Source: an uncultured Clostridia bacterium
GTDB lineage: Bacteria; Bacillota; Clostridia; TANB77; CAG-508
Reading direction: 5' to 3'
Length of the DNA stretch: 64,000 nt
Assembly (NCBI GenBank): GCA_944386685.1
Contig: CALXCA010000002.1
Location: 16,649-80,648, forward strand
The notes beneath the pieces were generated by a model. The model made no database searches. It worked only from the letters and a program-made list of their open reading frames with translations, and was not told where the DNA came from. The position numbers and the translations under genes were made by a program. The first letter of the stretch is position 1. Each line of letters begins with the position of its first letter. Positions 20,562-30,011 of this stretch are shown here, piece by piece.

Positions 20562-21665
20562 ATGAAATTTAAAATGAAAATAGGAATAGTAGGTTTACCA
20601 AATGTAGGAAAAAGTACATTATTTAATAGTATAACAAAAGCAGGAGCAGAATGTGCTAATTATCCATTTTGTACAATAGAACCTAATGTTGGAGTTGTAG
20701 CAGTTCCAGATGAAAGAATAGATAATTTAGCCAAAATGTATAATCCTCAAAAAGTAACAAAAGCAGTAGTAGAATTTGTAGATATAGCAGGATTAGTTAA
20801 AGGAGCAAGTAAAGGAGAAGGATTAGGAAATAAATTCTTATCTCATATTCGTGAAGTTGATGCAATTGTCCAAGTTGTAAGATGTTTTGAAGACCCAAAT
20901 GTAGTACATGTTGATGGAAACATAAATCCATTAAGAGACATAGAAACAATAAATTTGGAATTAATATTTGCAGATTTAGAAACATTAGATAAAAGACTAG
21001 AAAAAGCAACAAAAAATTTAAAAGCAGATAAAAAATATCAATCAGAAATTGATTTAATAAAAAAAATAAAAGAAAACTTAAACAAAGGAATACCTGTTAG
21101 AACATTAGAATTTAATGAAGATGAACAAGAAATTTTAAAAGACATGTTTTTACTAACAGCAAAGCCAATTATATATATAGCAAACATTTCAGAAGAACAA
21201 ATATCAAATGCAGAAAATGAAGAAATGGTAAAACAAGTAAAAGAATATGCTGAAAAAGAAAATGCAGAAGTAATTCCATTATGTGTAAAAATAGAAGAAG
21301 AACTTTCTGGACTAGATGAACAAGATAAAAAAGAAATGTTAGAAGCATTAGGACTAGATGAATCTGGATTAGATAAGCTTATAAAGAAAAGTTATAGCTT
21401 ATTAGGTTTAATATCATTTTTAACAGCTGGAGAGCCAGAAGTTAGAGCATGGACAATAAAAAAAGGAACAAAAGCACCACAAGCAGCTGGTAAAATACAT
21501 TCAGATATTGAAAGAGGATTTATAAAGGCAGAAGTAATATCTTATGAAGATTTAATGAAATGTGGTTCAATGGTTTCTGCAAAAGAAAAAGGATTAGTTA
21601 GACAAGAGGGAAAAGACTATATAATGAAAGATGGAGATATTGTATTATTTAAATTTAATGTGTAA
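20562..21665 (+). CDS. ychF: Ribosome-binding ATPase YchF (Obg-like ATPase 1)
   Basis: GIVGLPNVGKSTLFN P-loop, a CTIEPN G2 region and the C-terminal TGS domain. The N-terminus is collinear with E. coli YchF. Confidence 0.9.
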   Translation: MKFKMKIGIVGLPNVGKSTLFNSITKAGAECANYPFCTIEPNVGVVAVPDERIDNLAKMYNPQKVTKAVVEFVDIAGLVKGASKGEGLGNKFLSHIREVDAIVQVVRCFEDPNVVHVDGNINPLRDIETINLELIFADLETLDKRLEKATKNLKADKKYQSEIDLIKKIKENLNKGIPVRTLEFNEDEQEILKDMFLLTAKPIIYIANISEEQISNAENEEMVKQVKEYAEKENAEVIPLCVKIEEELSGLDEQDKKEMLEALGLDESGLDKLIKKSYSLLGLISFLTAGEPEVRAWTIKKGTKAPQAAGKIHSDIERGFIKAEVISYEDLMKCGSMVSAKEKGLVRQEGKDYIMKDGDIVLFKFNV

Positions 21666-21696
21666 TTAACAACATATTAGCATTAGAGTTCAGTAA

Positions 21697-21897
21697 GAAA
21701 TTTTGATATATTAATAATAAATAAATTTTGAATACGATTGGAGGAAATTTAGAATTGCTTAAATAATTTTATGGAAAATGTTCGCGTCGAGCGTCAGCGA
21801 GGACTAAGTGAAAGGGTGCCATAAAATTATTTTAGAAATTCTTATATTTCCGTATTGAGTCGAAAAATTTATGCAATTATTAATATATCAAAATTTC
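21697..21897. repeat. 201-bp MITE-like element, copy B (inverted relative to copy A)
   Basis: Same 20-bp terminal inverted repeats as copy A. The internal sequence is the reverse complement of 8427-8587 with a few substitutions. Confidence 0.6.
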
Positions 21898-21942
21898 TCA
21901 ATGAACTATACCATATTATTATATAAGGAATGAGATTTAAAA

Positions 21943-22242
21943 ATGGAAAATTTAGTAGAATTTAATTTATTTACAGTAAAAAATGTAATTATATATTTAA
22001 TATTAATAAATTTAATTGGTTTTTTTGTAATGTGGTTAGATAAAAGAAAAGCCAAAAAAGGTAAATGGAGAATTCCAGAAAATACATTATTTCTAATAAC
22101 ACTACTTGGCGGTGGAATAGGAACTATTGCTGGAATGTATACCTTTAGACATAAAACAAAGAAACTAAAATTTACTATAGGTTTGCCAGCAATATTAATA
22201 TTAGAAATTATTTTATTTATATACTTGAAATTTATAATTTAA
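21943..22242 (+). CDS. DUF1294 small membrane protein
   Basis: WLDKRKAKKGKWRIPE...LLGGGIGTIAGMYTFRHKTKK is the DUF1294 signature. Two TM segments. Confidence 0.6.
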   Translation: MENLVEFNLFTVKNVIIYLILINLIGFFVMWLDKRKAKKGKWRIPENTLFLITLLGGGIGTIAGMYTFRHKTKKLKFTIGLPAILILEIILFIYLKFII

Positions 22243-22254
22243 ATTTTTCACTAA

Positions 22255-22545
22255 ACTATAGTCTTTAGTTGTTACTGGATAAGGTTTTTTTAATTATTTC
22301 GTTAAAAGCGATGATATTATAATATTTTAAAGTTCTCCTGTTCATTCCATTCAAAAAGAATTCATAAGGCTTTTTCATGCGCCTCTTTCACTCCGACCCT
22401 CTCGTAAACTCGAGTACCGTGAACATTCCTCATGCAAAAGCCAAATGAATTCTAATTTTCATTTCAATCAAGCGTCGAAGCTTTAAAATATTATAATATC
22501 ATCGTTTCTGTATTTTATTTAAGACTATTATCCAGTATGTTAAAA
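22255..22545. repeat. Nested-palindrome element related to the MITE-like family
   Basis: Outer inverted repeat of about 65 bp with a 24-bp perfect core (cgatgatattataatattttaaag / ctttaaaatattataatatcatcg). Inner inverted repeat (agaattcat..ggctttt). The GC-rich core shares the ctttcact...gaacatt motif with 8470-8540. Confidence 0.45.
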
Positions 22546-22730
22546 TAATTGTTCAAATTTTATTGACAAATTTTTTAAAAAGTGATATAAAAAGTAATAC
22601 ATAAAAAATGAGTGTAAATCCAACAGCAATTTATGCTCTTTTTTTGAGGGCAAAAGGTAATACAGAGTAATTTTAAACATAAAAATTATTAAATATTATC
22701 TAAAAAATATAAAATAATAAGGAGGCAAAA

Positions 22731-24473
22731 ATGTTAAAAAGATTGTTAAAATCAATTAGAGAATTTAAAACAGCATCAATTCTAACACCAATTTTTATGT
22801 GTGTTGAAGTATTTATGGAAATAGCAATTCCTTTTTTACTATCAAAATTAATAGATGAAGGAATAGCAAATAATGACACAAAACAAATAACAATACTCGG
22901 AATAATGCTAGTATTATCAGCTGGATTATCATTAGTATTTGGAGTATTATCAGGAAGATTTGCAGCAAAAGCATCAAGTGGATTTGCAAAAAATTTACGA
23001 GAAGATATTTATAACAAAATACAAGATTTTTCATTTTTCAATATAGATAAATTCAGCACATCAAGTTTAGTAACAAGACTTACAACAGATGTAACAAATG
23101 TTCAACAAGCATATATGATGATTATAAGGGCAGCAGTAAGAGCACCAATAACAATAATATTTGCAATTATAATGTCATTTGTTATTGACACAAGAATAGG
23201 AATTATTTATTTAGTAGCAACACCTATATTAGGATTTTTATTAATCTTTATAGCAAATTATGTAAGACCAATCTTCAAAAAAGTTTTTAATCAAATAGAC
23301 CATTTAAATTGTGTGGTACAAGAAAATGTTAAAGCAATCAGAGTTGTAAAATCTTTTGTAACAGAAGAAAAAGAAATAGGAAAATTTAACAAAATATCTG
23401 ACGAAATATATCAAAACTTTTCTAGAGCAGAAAAAATACTTGCATTTAATTCACCAATAATGCAAATTACAATATATACATGTTTAACATTAATATCATA
23501 TTTTGGAGCCAGATTTATAGTAATTGGAACACTAACAACAGGAGAGCTAACAAGCTTATTCTCATATATTATGCAAATGTTAAGCAGTTTAATGTTGCTA
23601 TCAATGGTATTTGTAATGATAACAATGGCATGGGAATCTGGACAAAGAATTGTAGAAGTATTAGAAGAAGAACCAGATTTAAAAAATAAAGAAAATCCTA
23701 TATATGAAGTAAAAAACGGAAAAATAGAATTCAAAAATGTTGGATTTAGTTATGTAAAAGATAAAAAGAAAGAAATTTTAAAGAAAATTAATTTAACAAT
23801 AAATTCTGGAGAGACAGTAGGAATAATAGGTGGAACAGGTGATGGAAAATCAAGCTTAGTAAATTTAATTCCAAGATTATATGATGTAACAAGTGGAGAA
23901 GTAAAAGTTGGAGGAATCAATGTAAAAGATTATGACTTAAAAACCTTAAGAGACCAAGTTTCAATGGTATTGCAAAAAAATGAGTTGTTCTCAGGAACAA
24001 TTAAAGACAACATAAGATGGGGAAATTTACAAGCAACAGATGAAGAAATTGTAGAAGTTTGTAAATTGGCACAAGCAGATGAATTTATTACAGGATTTCC
24101 AGATGGATATGACACAATGATAGAACAAGGTGGAGCAAATGTTAGTGGTGGTCAAAAACAAAGGCTATGTATAGCAAGAGCATTATTGAAAAAACCAAAA
24201 ATATTAATTTTAGATGATTCAACTTCAGCTGTAGATACAAAAACAGACAGTTTAATTAGAAAAGCATTTAGTGAAAAAATACCAAATACAACAAAAATAA
24301 TTATTGCACAAAGAATTTCATCTGTACAAGATGCAGATAAAATAATAGTTATGAGTAATGGCAGAATTCAAGCAATAGGAAAACATGAAGAACTTTTAAG
24401 AAATAATAAAATATACAAAGAAATCTATACATCTCAAACGAAAGGAAGTGAAGCATATGAGCAAAAAGTTTGA
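22731..24473 (+). CDS. ABC transporter permease/ATPase, half-transporter 1 of a heterodimeric exporter
   Basis: Six TM segments plus an NBD with Walker A (GGTGDGKSS), signature (VSGGQKQR) and Walker B (ILILDDSTSAVD). TGA stop overlaps the partner gene. Confidence 0.85.
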   Translation: MLKRLLKSIREFKTASILTPIFMCVEVFMEIAIPFLLSKLIDEGIANNDTKQITILGIMLVLSAGLSLVFGVLSGRFAAKASSGFAKNLREDIYNKIQDFSFFNIDKFSTSSLVTRLTTDVTNVQQAYMMIIRAAVRAPITIIFAIIMSFVIDTRIGIIYLVATPILGFLLIFIANYVRPIFKKVFNQIDHLNCVVQENVKAIRVVKSFVTEEKEIGKFNKISDEIYQNFSRAEKILAFNSPIMQITIYTCLTLISYFGARFIVIGTLTTGELTSLFSYIMQMLSSLMLLSMVFVMITMAWESGQRIVEVLEEEPDLKNKENPIYEVKNGKIEFKNVGFSYVKDKKKEILKKINLTINSGETVGIIGGTGDGKSSLVNLIPRLYDVTSGEVKVGGINVKDYDLKTLRDQVSMVLQKNELFSGTIKDNIRWGNLQATDEEIVEVCKLAQADEFITGFPDGYDTMIEQGGANVSGGQKQRLCIARALLKKPKILILDDSTSAVDTKTDSLIRKAFSEKIPNTTKIIIAQRISSVQDADKIIVMSNGRIQAIGKHEELLRNNKIYKEIYTSQTKGSEAYEQKV

Positions 24474-26319
24474 TTTAAATACAATAAAAAGACTAATGAA
24501 AATAATAACAAAAAAATATAAAATCCAATTAATAATTGTATTTATACTAGTAATATTAAGTTCATTAGCAAATGTATCTAGTTCACTTTTTATGGAAAAA
24601 TTAGTAGATAATTATATAACACCATTATTAGGTATAGAAAACCCAAATTTTGCACCATTAATAAAAGCATTATTAACAATGTGTTGCATATATTTAATAG
24701 GAATTATATCTACATACATATATAATAGAATAATGGTAGTTGTTGGACAAGGAACATTAAGAAATATACGTAATGACTTATTTGCAAATATGCAAAAACT
24801 ACCAATTAGATATTTTGATACACACCTAAATGGTGATATAATGAGCCATTATACTAATGATATAGATACATTAAGAGAATTAATATCAAGAGGAATTCCA
24901 CAAACATTAAGTTTGGCAATAACTGTTGTATCTTCATTTATAGCAATGTTAGTAACAAATATATATTTATCTGCATTAGTAGTAATTATGGGAATATTAA
25001 TGATTTTAAATACAAAAAGAATTGCTGGTAAGAGTAGCAAATATTTTATGAAACAACAAGAATCAATAGGAAAAGTTGATGGATATATAGAAGAAATGAT
25101 AAGTGGACAAAAAGTTATAAAAGTATTTAATTATGAAGAAGAAGCCAAAAAAAGATTTAAAGAAATAAATACAGAATTATATGAAGATAGTAAAAATGCA
25201 AACTCATATGCAAATATACTAATGCCATCACTAGCAAATTTAGGAAATTTATTATATGTATTTATAGCAATTGTTGGAGGAATTTTACTAGTAAATGGAT
25301 GGGGAAATATAACCTTAGGAGTAATTGTAGCATTTGTAAATTTAAGTAAAAGTTTTACAATGCCAATTGCCCAATTATCACAACAAATCAATTTAATAAT
25401 AATGGCAATAGCGGGAGCCAAAAGAATATTTGAACTTATGGATGAAGAACCAGAAGTTGATAATGGATATGTAACACTAGTAAATGCAGAAATTAAAGGA
25501 AATGAGATAAAAGAATCTAAAAAATATACAGGAAAATGGGCATGGAAACATCAACATCATGATGGAAGACTTGAATATGTTGAACTAAAAGGACATATAG
25601 AATTAATAGATGTAGATTTTGGTTATGAAGAAAATAAATTAGTATTACATGATGTAAGTGTATATGCAAAACCTGGTCAAAAAATAGCATTTGTAGGAGC
25701 TACAGGTGCAGGAAAGACAACAATTACAAATTTAATAAATCGTTTTTATGATATTGAAGATGGAAAAATAAGATATGATGGAATAAACATCAATAAAATA
25801 AAAAAAGCAGATTTAAGAAGATCTTTAGGAATGGTATTGCAAGATGTAAATTTATTTACAGGAACAATTGCAGAAAATATTGCATATGGTAAAGATAATG
25901 CGACAAGAAAGGAAATAATTGAAGCAGCAAAACTTGCCAATGCAGATGAATTTATTAAAATGTTACCAAAAGGATATGATACAATAGTAGATGGAACAGG
26001 AAGTAATTTATCTCAAGGTCAAAAACAATTAATATCAATTGCAAGAGCAGCATTAAATAATCCACCAGTAATGATTTTAGATGAAGCAACATCAAGTATA
26101 GATACTAGAACAGAAAAAATAGTTCAGGATGGTATGGATAAATTAATGGAAGGAAGAACAGTATTTGTTATAGCACATAGACTTTCAACAGTAAGAAATT
26201 CTAAAGCAATAATTGTTCTAGACCATGGAAGAATAATTGAAAGAGGAGAACATGATTATTTAATTGCTCAAAAAGGAATGTATTATCAATTATATACAGG
26301 TGCTTTTGAATTAGAATAA
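24457..26319 (+). CDS. ABC transporter permease/ATPase, half-transporter 2
   Basis: TMD plus NBD (GATGAGKTT, LSQGQKQLISIARA, ILDEATSSID). Translationally coupled to the upstream partner, as in the YheI/YheH (BmrCD) type. Confidence 0.85.
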   Translation: MSKKFDLNTIKRLMKIITKKYKIQLIIVFILVILSSLANVSSSLFMEKLVDNYITPLLGIENPNFAPLIKALLTMCCIYLIGIISTYIYNRIMVVVGQGTLRNIRNDLFANMQKLPIRYFDTHLNGDIMSHYTNDIDTLRELISRGIPQTLSLAITVVSSFIAMLVTNIYLSALVVIMGILMILNTKRIAGKSSKYFMKQQESIGKVDGYIEEMISGQKVIKVFNYEEEAKKRFKEINTELYEDSKNANSYANILMPSLANLGNLLYVFIAIVGGILLVNGWGNITLGVIVAFVNLSKSFTMPIAQLSQQINLIIMAIAGAKRIFELMDEEPEVDNGYVTLVNAEIKGNEIKESKKYTGKWAWKHQHHDGRLEYVELKGHIELIDVDFGYEENKLVLHDVSVYAKPGQKIAFVGATGAGKTTITNLINRFYDIEDGKIRYDGININKIKKADLRRSLGMVLQDVNLFTGTIAENIAYGKDNATRKEIIEAAKLANADEFIKMLPKGYDTIVDGTGSNLSQGQKQLISIARAALNNPPVMILDEATSSIDTRTEKIVQDGMDKLMEGRTVFVIAHRLSTVRNSKAIIVLDHGRIIERGEHDYLIAQKGMYYQLYTGAFELE

Positions 26320-26330
26320 AAAATAGAAAA

Positions 26331-26385
26331 CCAAGAAAATAAATTTTTATAAGTATTTATTTCCTTGGTTTTTTATGATATTATA
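26331..26385 (+). terminator. Terminator after the ABC exporter operon
   Basis: Imperfect hairpin aaccaagaaaata...tatttccttggtt followed by a T run. Confidence 0.4.
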
Positions 26386-26418
26386 CTAATGAGAGTATAA
26401 TTAAAGGAAGGTAAAGAT

Positions 26419-26616
26419 ATGGAAAAGAAATTAAAAATAATAATAGATAATTGTCCACAAAATCATAAATGTCCTGCAGTAAATGTATGTCCTGTAGGAG
26501 CATTATCACAAGAAGGCTTTAATGCACCTAAAATAGATTATAACAAATGTATTAAATGTGGAAAATGTTCAAATTTTTGCCCTAAAAAAGCATTAGTTTT
26601 AGAAGAAAATAATTAA
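26419..26616 (+). CDS. Small 4Fe-4S cluster protein (65 aa)
   Basis: CPAVNVCP and CIKCGKCSNFCP motifs. AAAGGAAGG ribosome-binding site. Confidence 0.6.
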   Translation: MEKKLKIIIDNCPQNHKCPAVNVCPVGALSQEGFNAPKIDYNKCIKCGKCSNFCPKKALVLEENN

Positions 26617-27097
26617 TGTGGAATAAAGATGGATAGATTAGAAAGATTTGAAAAAGCATTATCAGATATACTGAATGAATATGATAATTTGGAAGAATTT
26701 TAAAGATTTAATGTTTAATATTAAAAACTGTTTAAAAGGACTATTTAAACTTAATATTAATATAAATTTGCATATAAATAATTATAAAGATTGTACTAAT
26801 TACATTTTTTTCAATAATGAAAATAAAAAAATATAGTCATAACAAAGAATAAATGATTTGATTCATTTATTCTTTTTATATTATATATAATACTTATCTT
26901 AAATTACTTGTATTGAATAATTTATTTTAGTTTTTTAGGATTTTTGTATTATAGATATATAATTTATTGTTTTTTCCATTTTATAAATTTTGGAAAGTGG
27001 TTTTGTAATTTTGGCACATATAAAAAATATCTTGGTAGATTTGTAATGTTATGATTAAAAGTATAACTTAAAATTTTTGTAGAATTTTTAAATGTTC

Positions 27098-27130
27098 GTT
27101 GATTTTTTATAAGAAATAGTGTATAGTAAA
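27098..27130 (+). promoter_or_regulatory. Promoter for the small hydrophobic peptide gene
   Basis: TTGATT-17-TATAGT. Confidence 0.35.
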
Positions 27131-27211
27131 TAACGATAGAGATGAGATAGCAGAATGTTGGGCTACCACTTTCAATACTTGATATATTCGAGAGCAAGGA
27201 GGTGGTTGTTT

Positions 27212-27313
27212 ATGGGATTTATATTAACTTTAATATATGCTTTGGGATTCTCCCTAACTGTAAACATAGCCTTATTGTGTATTATATACATAATGTGGAC
27301 TAATAAACAATAA
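27212..27313 (+). CDS. 33-aa hydrophobic peptide, type I toxin candidate
   Basis: MGFILTLIYALGFSLTVNIALLCIIYIMWTNKQ. An AAGGAGGTG ribosome-binding site lies 8 nt upstream. Followed by a bidirectional hairpin terminator at 27318-27352. Confidence 0.4.
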   Translation: MGFILTLIYALGFSLTVNIALLCIIYIMWTNKQ

Positions 27314-27403
27314 AAAACAACACATTCTGCTTTTGCCAGTGGGAATGTGTTGCTAAAACAATTTATGTGGTAGCCACATTTTCTGTGGTTCTCATTTTCT
27401 ATC

Positions 27404-27432
27404 TATATTATACACAGGATTTTAATATTTGT
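27404..27432 (-). promoter_or_regulatory. Consensus sigma-A promoter firing antisense toward the peptide gene
   Basis: Minus-strand read is TTGACA-17-TATAAT. It points into the 3' end of the peptide mRNA, and the hairpin at 27318-27352 with a minus-strand U-tract serves as its terminator. Confidence 0.4.
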
Positions 27433-27485
27433 CAAATATGATGTTGGCAAAATTTTTTTGTATATTAGAAAAGAGGTCTATTGAA

Positions 27486-27810
27486 TATGTTTTTAAGTTC
27501 GGTTAGTTTTTGTAGAAATGATAAATGTAGTAAAAAAGATTCTTGTTTAAGATATACTACTGAAAATGATAATATAAAAAGTGAAACATATTTAGTATTA
27601 ACAGAAGAAGAATGTAATAAAAGTAAAAGCTATATCAACAAAGACGATTATTATAAAAAAATGATTATGAATATTATTGATGAAGTCCCTAATGATGATT
27701 TAGATAACAAAATGTTATTACAAATTTGTAATTCATTGTTAGACATATCTAAAAAATATGATTTAGAAAAAAAGCTAAAAGAAAAAATCAGAAAGTTAGA
27801 AAGTAAATAA
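27486..27810 (+). CDS. Hypothetical protein (about 108 aa)
   Basis: ORF only. A terminator hairpin follows at about 28001-28036 (aagtctgcaat...attacagacttttt). Confidence 0.4.
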
Positions 27811-28203
27811 TAAAAATGGTTTCTGCAATTTATAAAAATTGGTTTCTGCAAATATTTGCGATTTTTTCTGCAAGAGGAGAAAAATTTACACACATTTACA
27901 GGACTTTACAGGTCGAAAAGTATTGATTTTTAGGCAAAAAATGAGCCTACACGACTCTAAAAATCTTTTAAAAAGTTTTAAAAAAATAATAACAAAAAAG
28001 TCTGCAATCTAGCTTGTATCAAGCATTACAGACTTTTTAATATTGGTCGAGGCGAGGAGAATTTACTTTTGAAAATTGCTTATTTTCTAGCACTTCGACA
28101 TTTTTTGAATGTAGTTTGAATGCAGTAAATAAATTTTATTGAAAAATTTTTTAAATTTCTGTATAATAACTTTAAATAAAAATTATAAAAGGCGAGTGAA
28201 AAT

Positions 28204-28398
28204 ATGAAAATTAAATGTTTAAAATGTAATGATATAATTGAATCTTTAAGTGTTCACGATTATAAAAAATGTAAATGTGGAGCATGTTCAATTGATGGTG
28301 GAAATGAATATACGAGAATTGGTGGAGATGTTAAATACATTCATTGGGTATATGATGATGGACATGAAGAACCTGTACAAAAAAATAATGCAAAATAA
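28204..28398 (+). CDS. Small Cys-rich (zinc-finger-like) protein, 64 aa
   Basis: CLKCN...CKCGAC motifs. GGCGAG ribosome-binding site. First gene inside the element's left end. Confidence 0.5.
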   Translation: MKIKCLKCNDIIESLSVHDYKKCKCGACSIDGGNEYTRIGGDVKYIHWVYDDGHEEPVQKNNAK

Positions 28399-28421
28399 TA
28401 TTAATTGCATTATTTTTTTAA

Positions 28422-28520
28422 TACTGTTCAACACTATTCAGAACTGTTCAACACTGTTCAACACTGTTCAGACTATTTGAACTGTTCAATACTGTTCAGA
28501 ACTGTTCAATACTGTTCAAT
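28422..28520. repeat. Tandem array of about nine 10-11-bp direct repeats, CTGTTCA(A/G)NA
   Basis: actgttcaaca / ctattcagaa / ctgttcaaca x2 / ctgttcagact / ...ctgttcaata / ctgttcagaa / ctgttcaata / ctgttcaatt. The period is about one helical turn, as in iterons. Confidence 0.7.
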
Positions 28521-28533
28521 TTATAAATATATA

Positions 28534-29994
28534 TTATTGTTTTAATATATATCGTTTCTTTGGATCATTTATATTCGTTCCAACCCACTCAATGATTTGA
28601 AGTTCTTCTAATTTTTTTAAAACATTAAGAACTGTATTTTTTGATCTTCCTGTATATTTTATCAATTCTGTTGTCCCTGCTTCTCCTTTATCACTGATAT
28701 ATCTTATAATATTTCTTTCAAATGCAGGTAATTTTTCCCAGTCTTCTTTTATATTTAGTTTTTTCTGTAAAGTTTCTGATATTCTTTTATCACGCATAAC
28801 AATATTATTTTTTAAAGTTAATTTTAGTATATCTCCTTCTTCGTAAACATACTCAGGTTCATCTAAGAAAAACTTAGCCATTTCTTCATAAATTCTTGAT
28901 ACACCTTCGTTCAATTCTTTAACTAATCCTAAATCAACAAGTGTTTCTGATATTTTTGTATTTCTTGCATATCTAACTTTTTTCATATTTTCAAGTGTTA
29001 CAAGTCCTGGTAATTTTCCTGGACTTCTTATTTCCATTCTATCATCAAAAATAAAAATTTTTATGTGTTCACCTCTCATAGCATAATTTCTATGTGTAAC
29101 AGCATTGGTAATTCCTTCAAGCCATGCAAATTCAGGGTATTCTGGTATCTTCTCGAACACTCCATCTTTATTTAAATGATTAAAATCTCTTAATTGGCTT
29201 CTTATAAATTTTTGAACTTCAATGATTAATTTGTAGAGAGGTAATCTAAAAGTTTCTTCTTTGATTATATTTAAATTTTCACCAGTTTGCATATAAGTCC
29301 CTTCGTATTTTATAACTCTGACTCTTGCACTTGGAAAGAAAACTGTTGGATCTTTTGCAAAAAGCAATACACCAGCAGTTGTTAGATGTTCTTCATTTTT
29401 TACTTTTACTAAAAACCTTCTTGCTCTTAATATGTCAATAGGATCTTTGTCTATAGCTTTTATACTTTTTGCATAGATGTTAACCATATCTAAATCTATA
29501 TCATCAATTGAACTTTCTAATACCGGCTGATCTTCATATGATATTTCGGGTCTATCTACTTTTAATATTTGAATTTGCTCATCTGTTAATTTTATTGTAG
29601 AATCACCTCTTCTTAAATAAACTTCGTCTTTAACATTTCTTATTAAGCAATTGTGACTAATTTCAATATGTAATAGTAATATAAAATCTTCATGACCATT
29701 AGTATTTATTATATTCAATTTTTCAGTTTTTATTTCATGAATTGTTTTTAAATATTGTATACTACTTTTTAAAATGTCATTATCCTTATTTCCATAATTT
29801 TTAAATCCTTCTAATTTACCATCATCGGTTATTCCAATTGCTAAAGTTCCTCCATCCGCATTAGCAAATCCTGCAATATGGTTTGCTATTTCTTTTATAT
29901 CTTTTTTAGCACTTTTTCTATCAAATTTTTGATTTTCTTTAGCAAAACGCAAATATTCTTCAGTTAATTCTTCATTTAATTGTGATTGTAACAT
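28534..29994 (-). CDS. Schlafen/AlbA_2-domain plus HATPase_c_4 plus C-terminal wHTH protein
   Basis: N-terminal AlbA_2 signature (IANHIAGFANADGGTLAIGITDDGKLEG), a central GHKL-like region and a C-terminal winged helix (TVLNVLKKLEELQIIEW). Confidence 0.7.
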   Translation of the reverse strand: MLQSQLNEELTEEYLRFAKENQKFDRKSAKKDIKEIANHIAGFANADGGTLAIGITDDGKLEGFKNYGNKDNDILKSSIQYLKTIHEIKTEKLNIINTNGHEDFILLLHIEISHNCLIRNVKDEVYLRRGDSTIKLTDEQIQILKVDRPEISYEDQPVLESSIDDIDLDMVNIYAKSIKAIDKDPIDILRARRFLVKVKNEEHLTTAGVLLFAKDPTVFFPSARVRVIKYEGTYMQTGENLNIIKEETFRLPLYKLIIEVQKFIRSQLRDFNHLNKDGVFEKIPEYPEFAWLEGITNAVTHRNYAMRGEHIKIFIFDDRMEIRSPGKLPGLVTLENMKKVRYARNTKISETLVDLGLVKELNEGVSRIYEEMAKFFLDEPEYVYEEGDILKLTLKNNIVMRDKRISETLQKKLNIKEDWEKLPAFERNIIRYISDKGEAGTTELIKYTGRSKNTVLNVLKKLEELQIIEWVGTNINDPKKRYILKQ

Positions 29995-30011
29995 TTTTTA
30001 CTGCTCCTTTT

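Noticed and set aside
26629-26703. 24-codon ORF (MDRLERFEKALSDILNEYDNLEEF) after the small 4Fe-4S gene
   Set aside because: Too short and lacks a convincing ribosome-binding site. Kept out of the features for lack of support.
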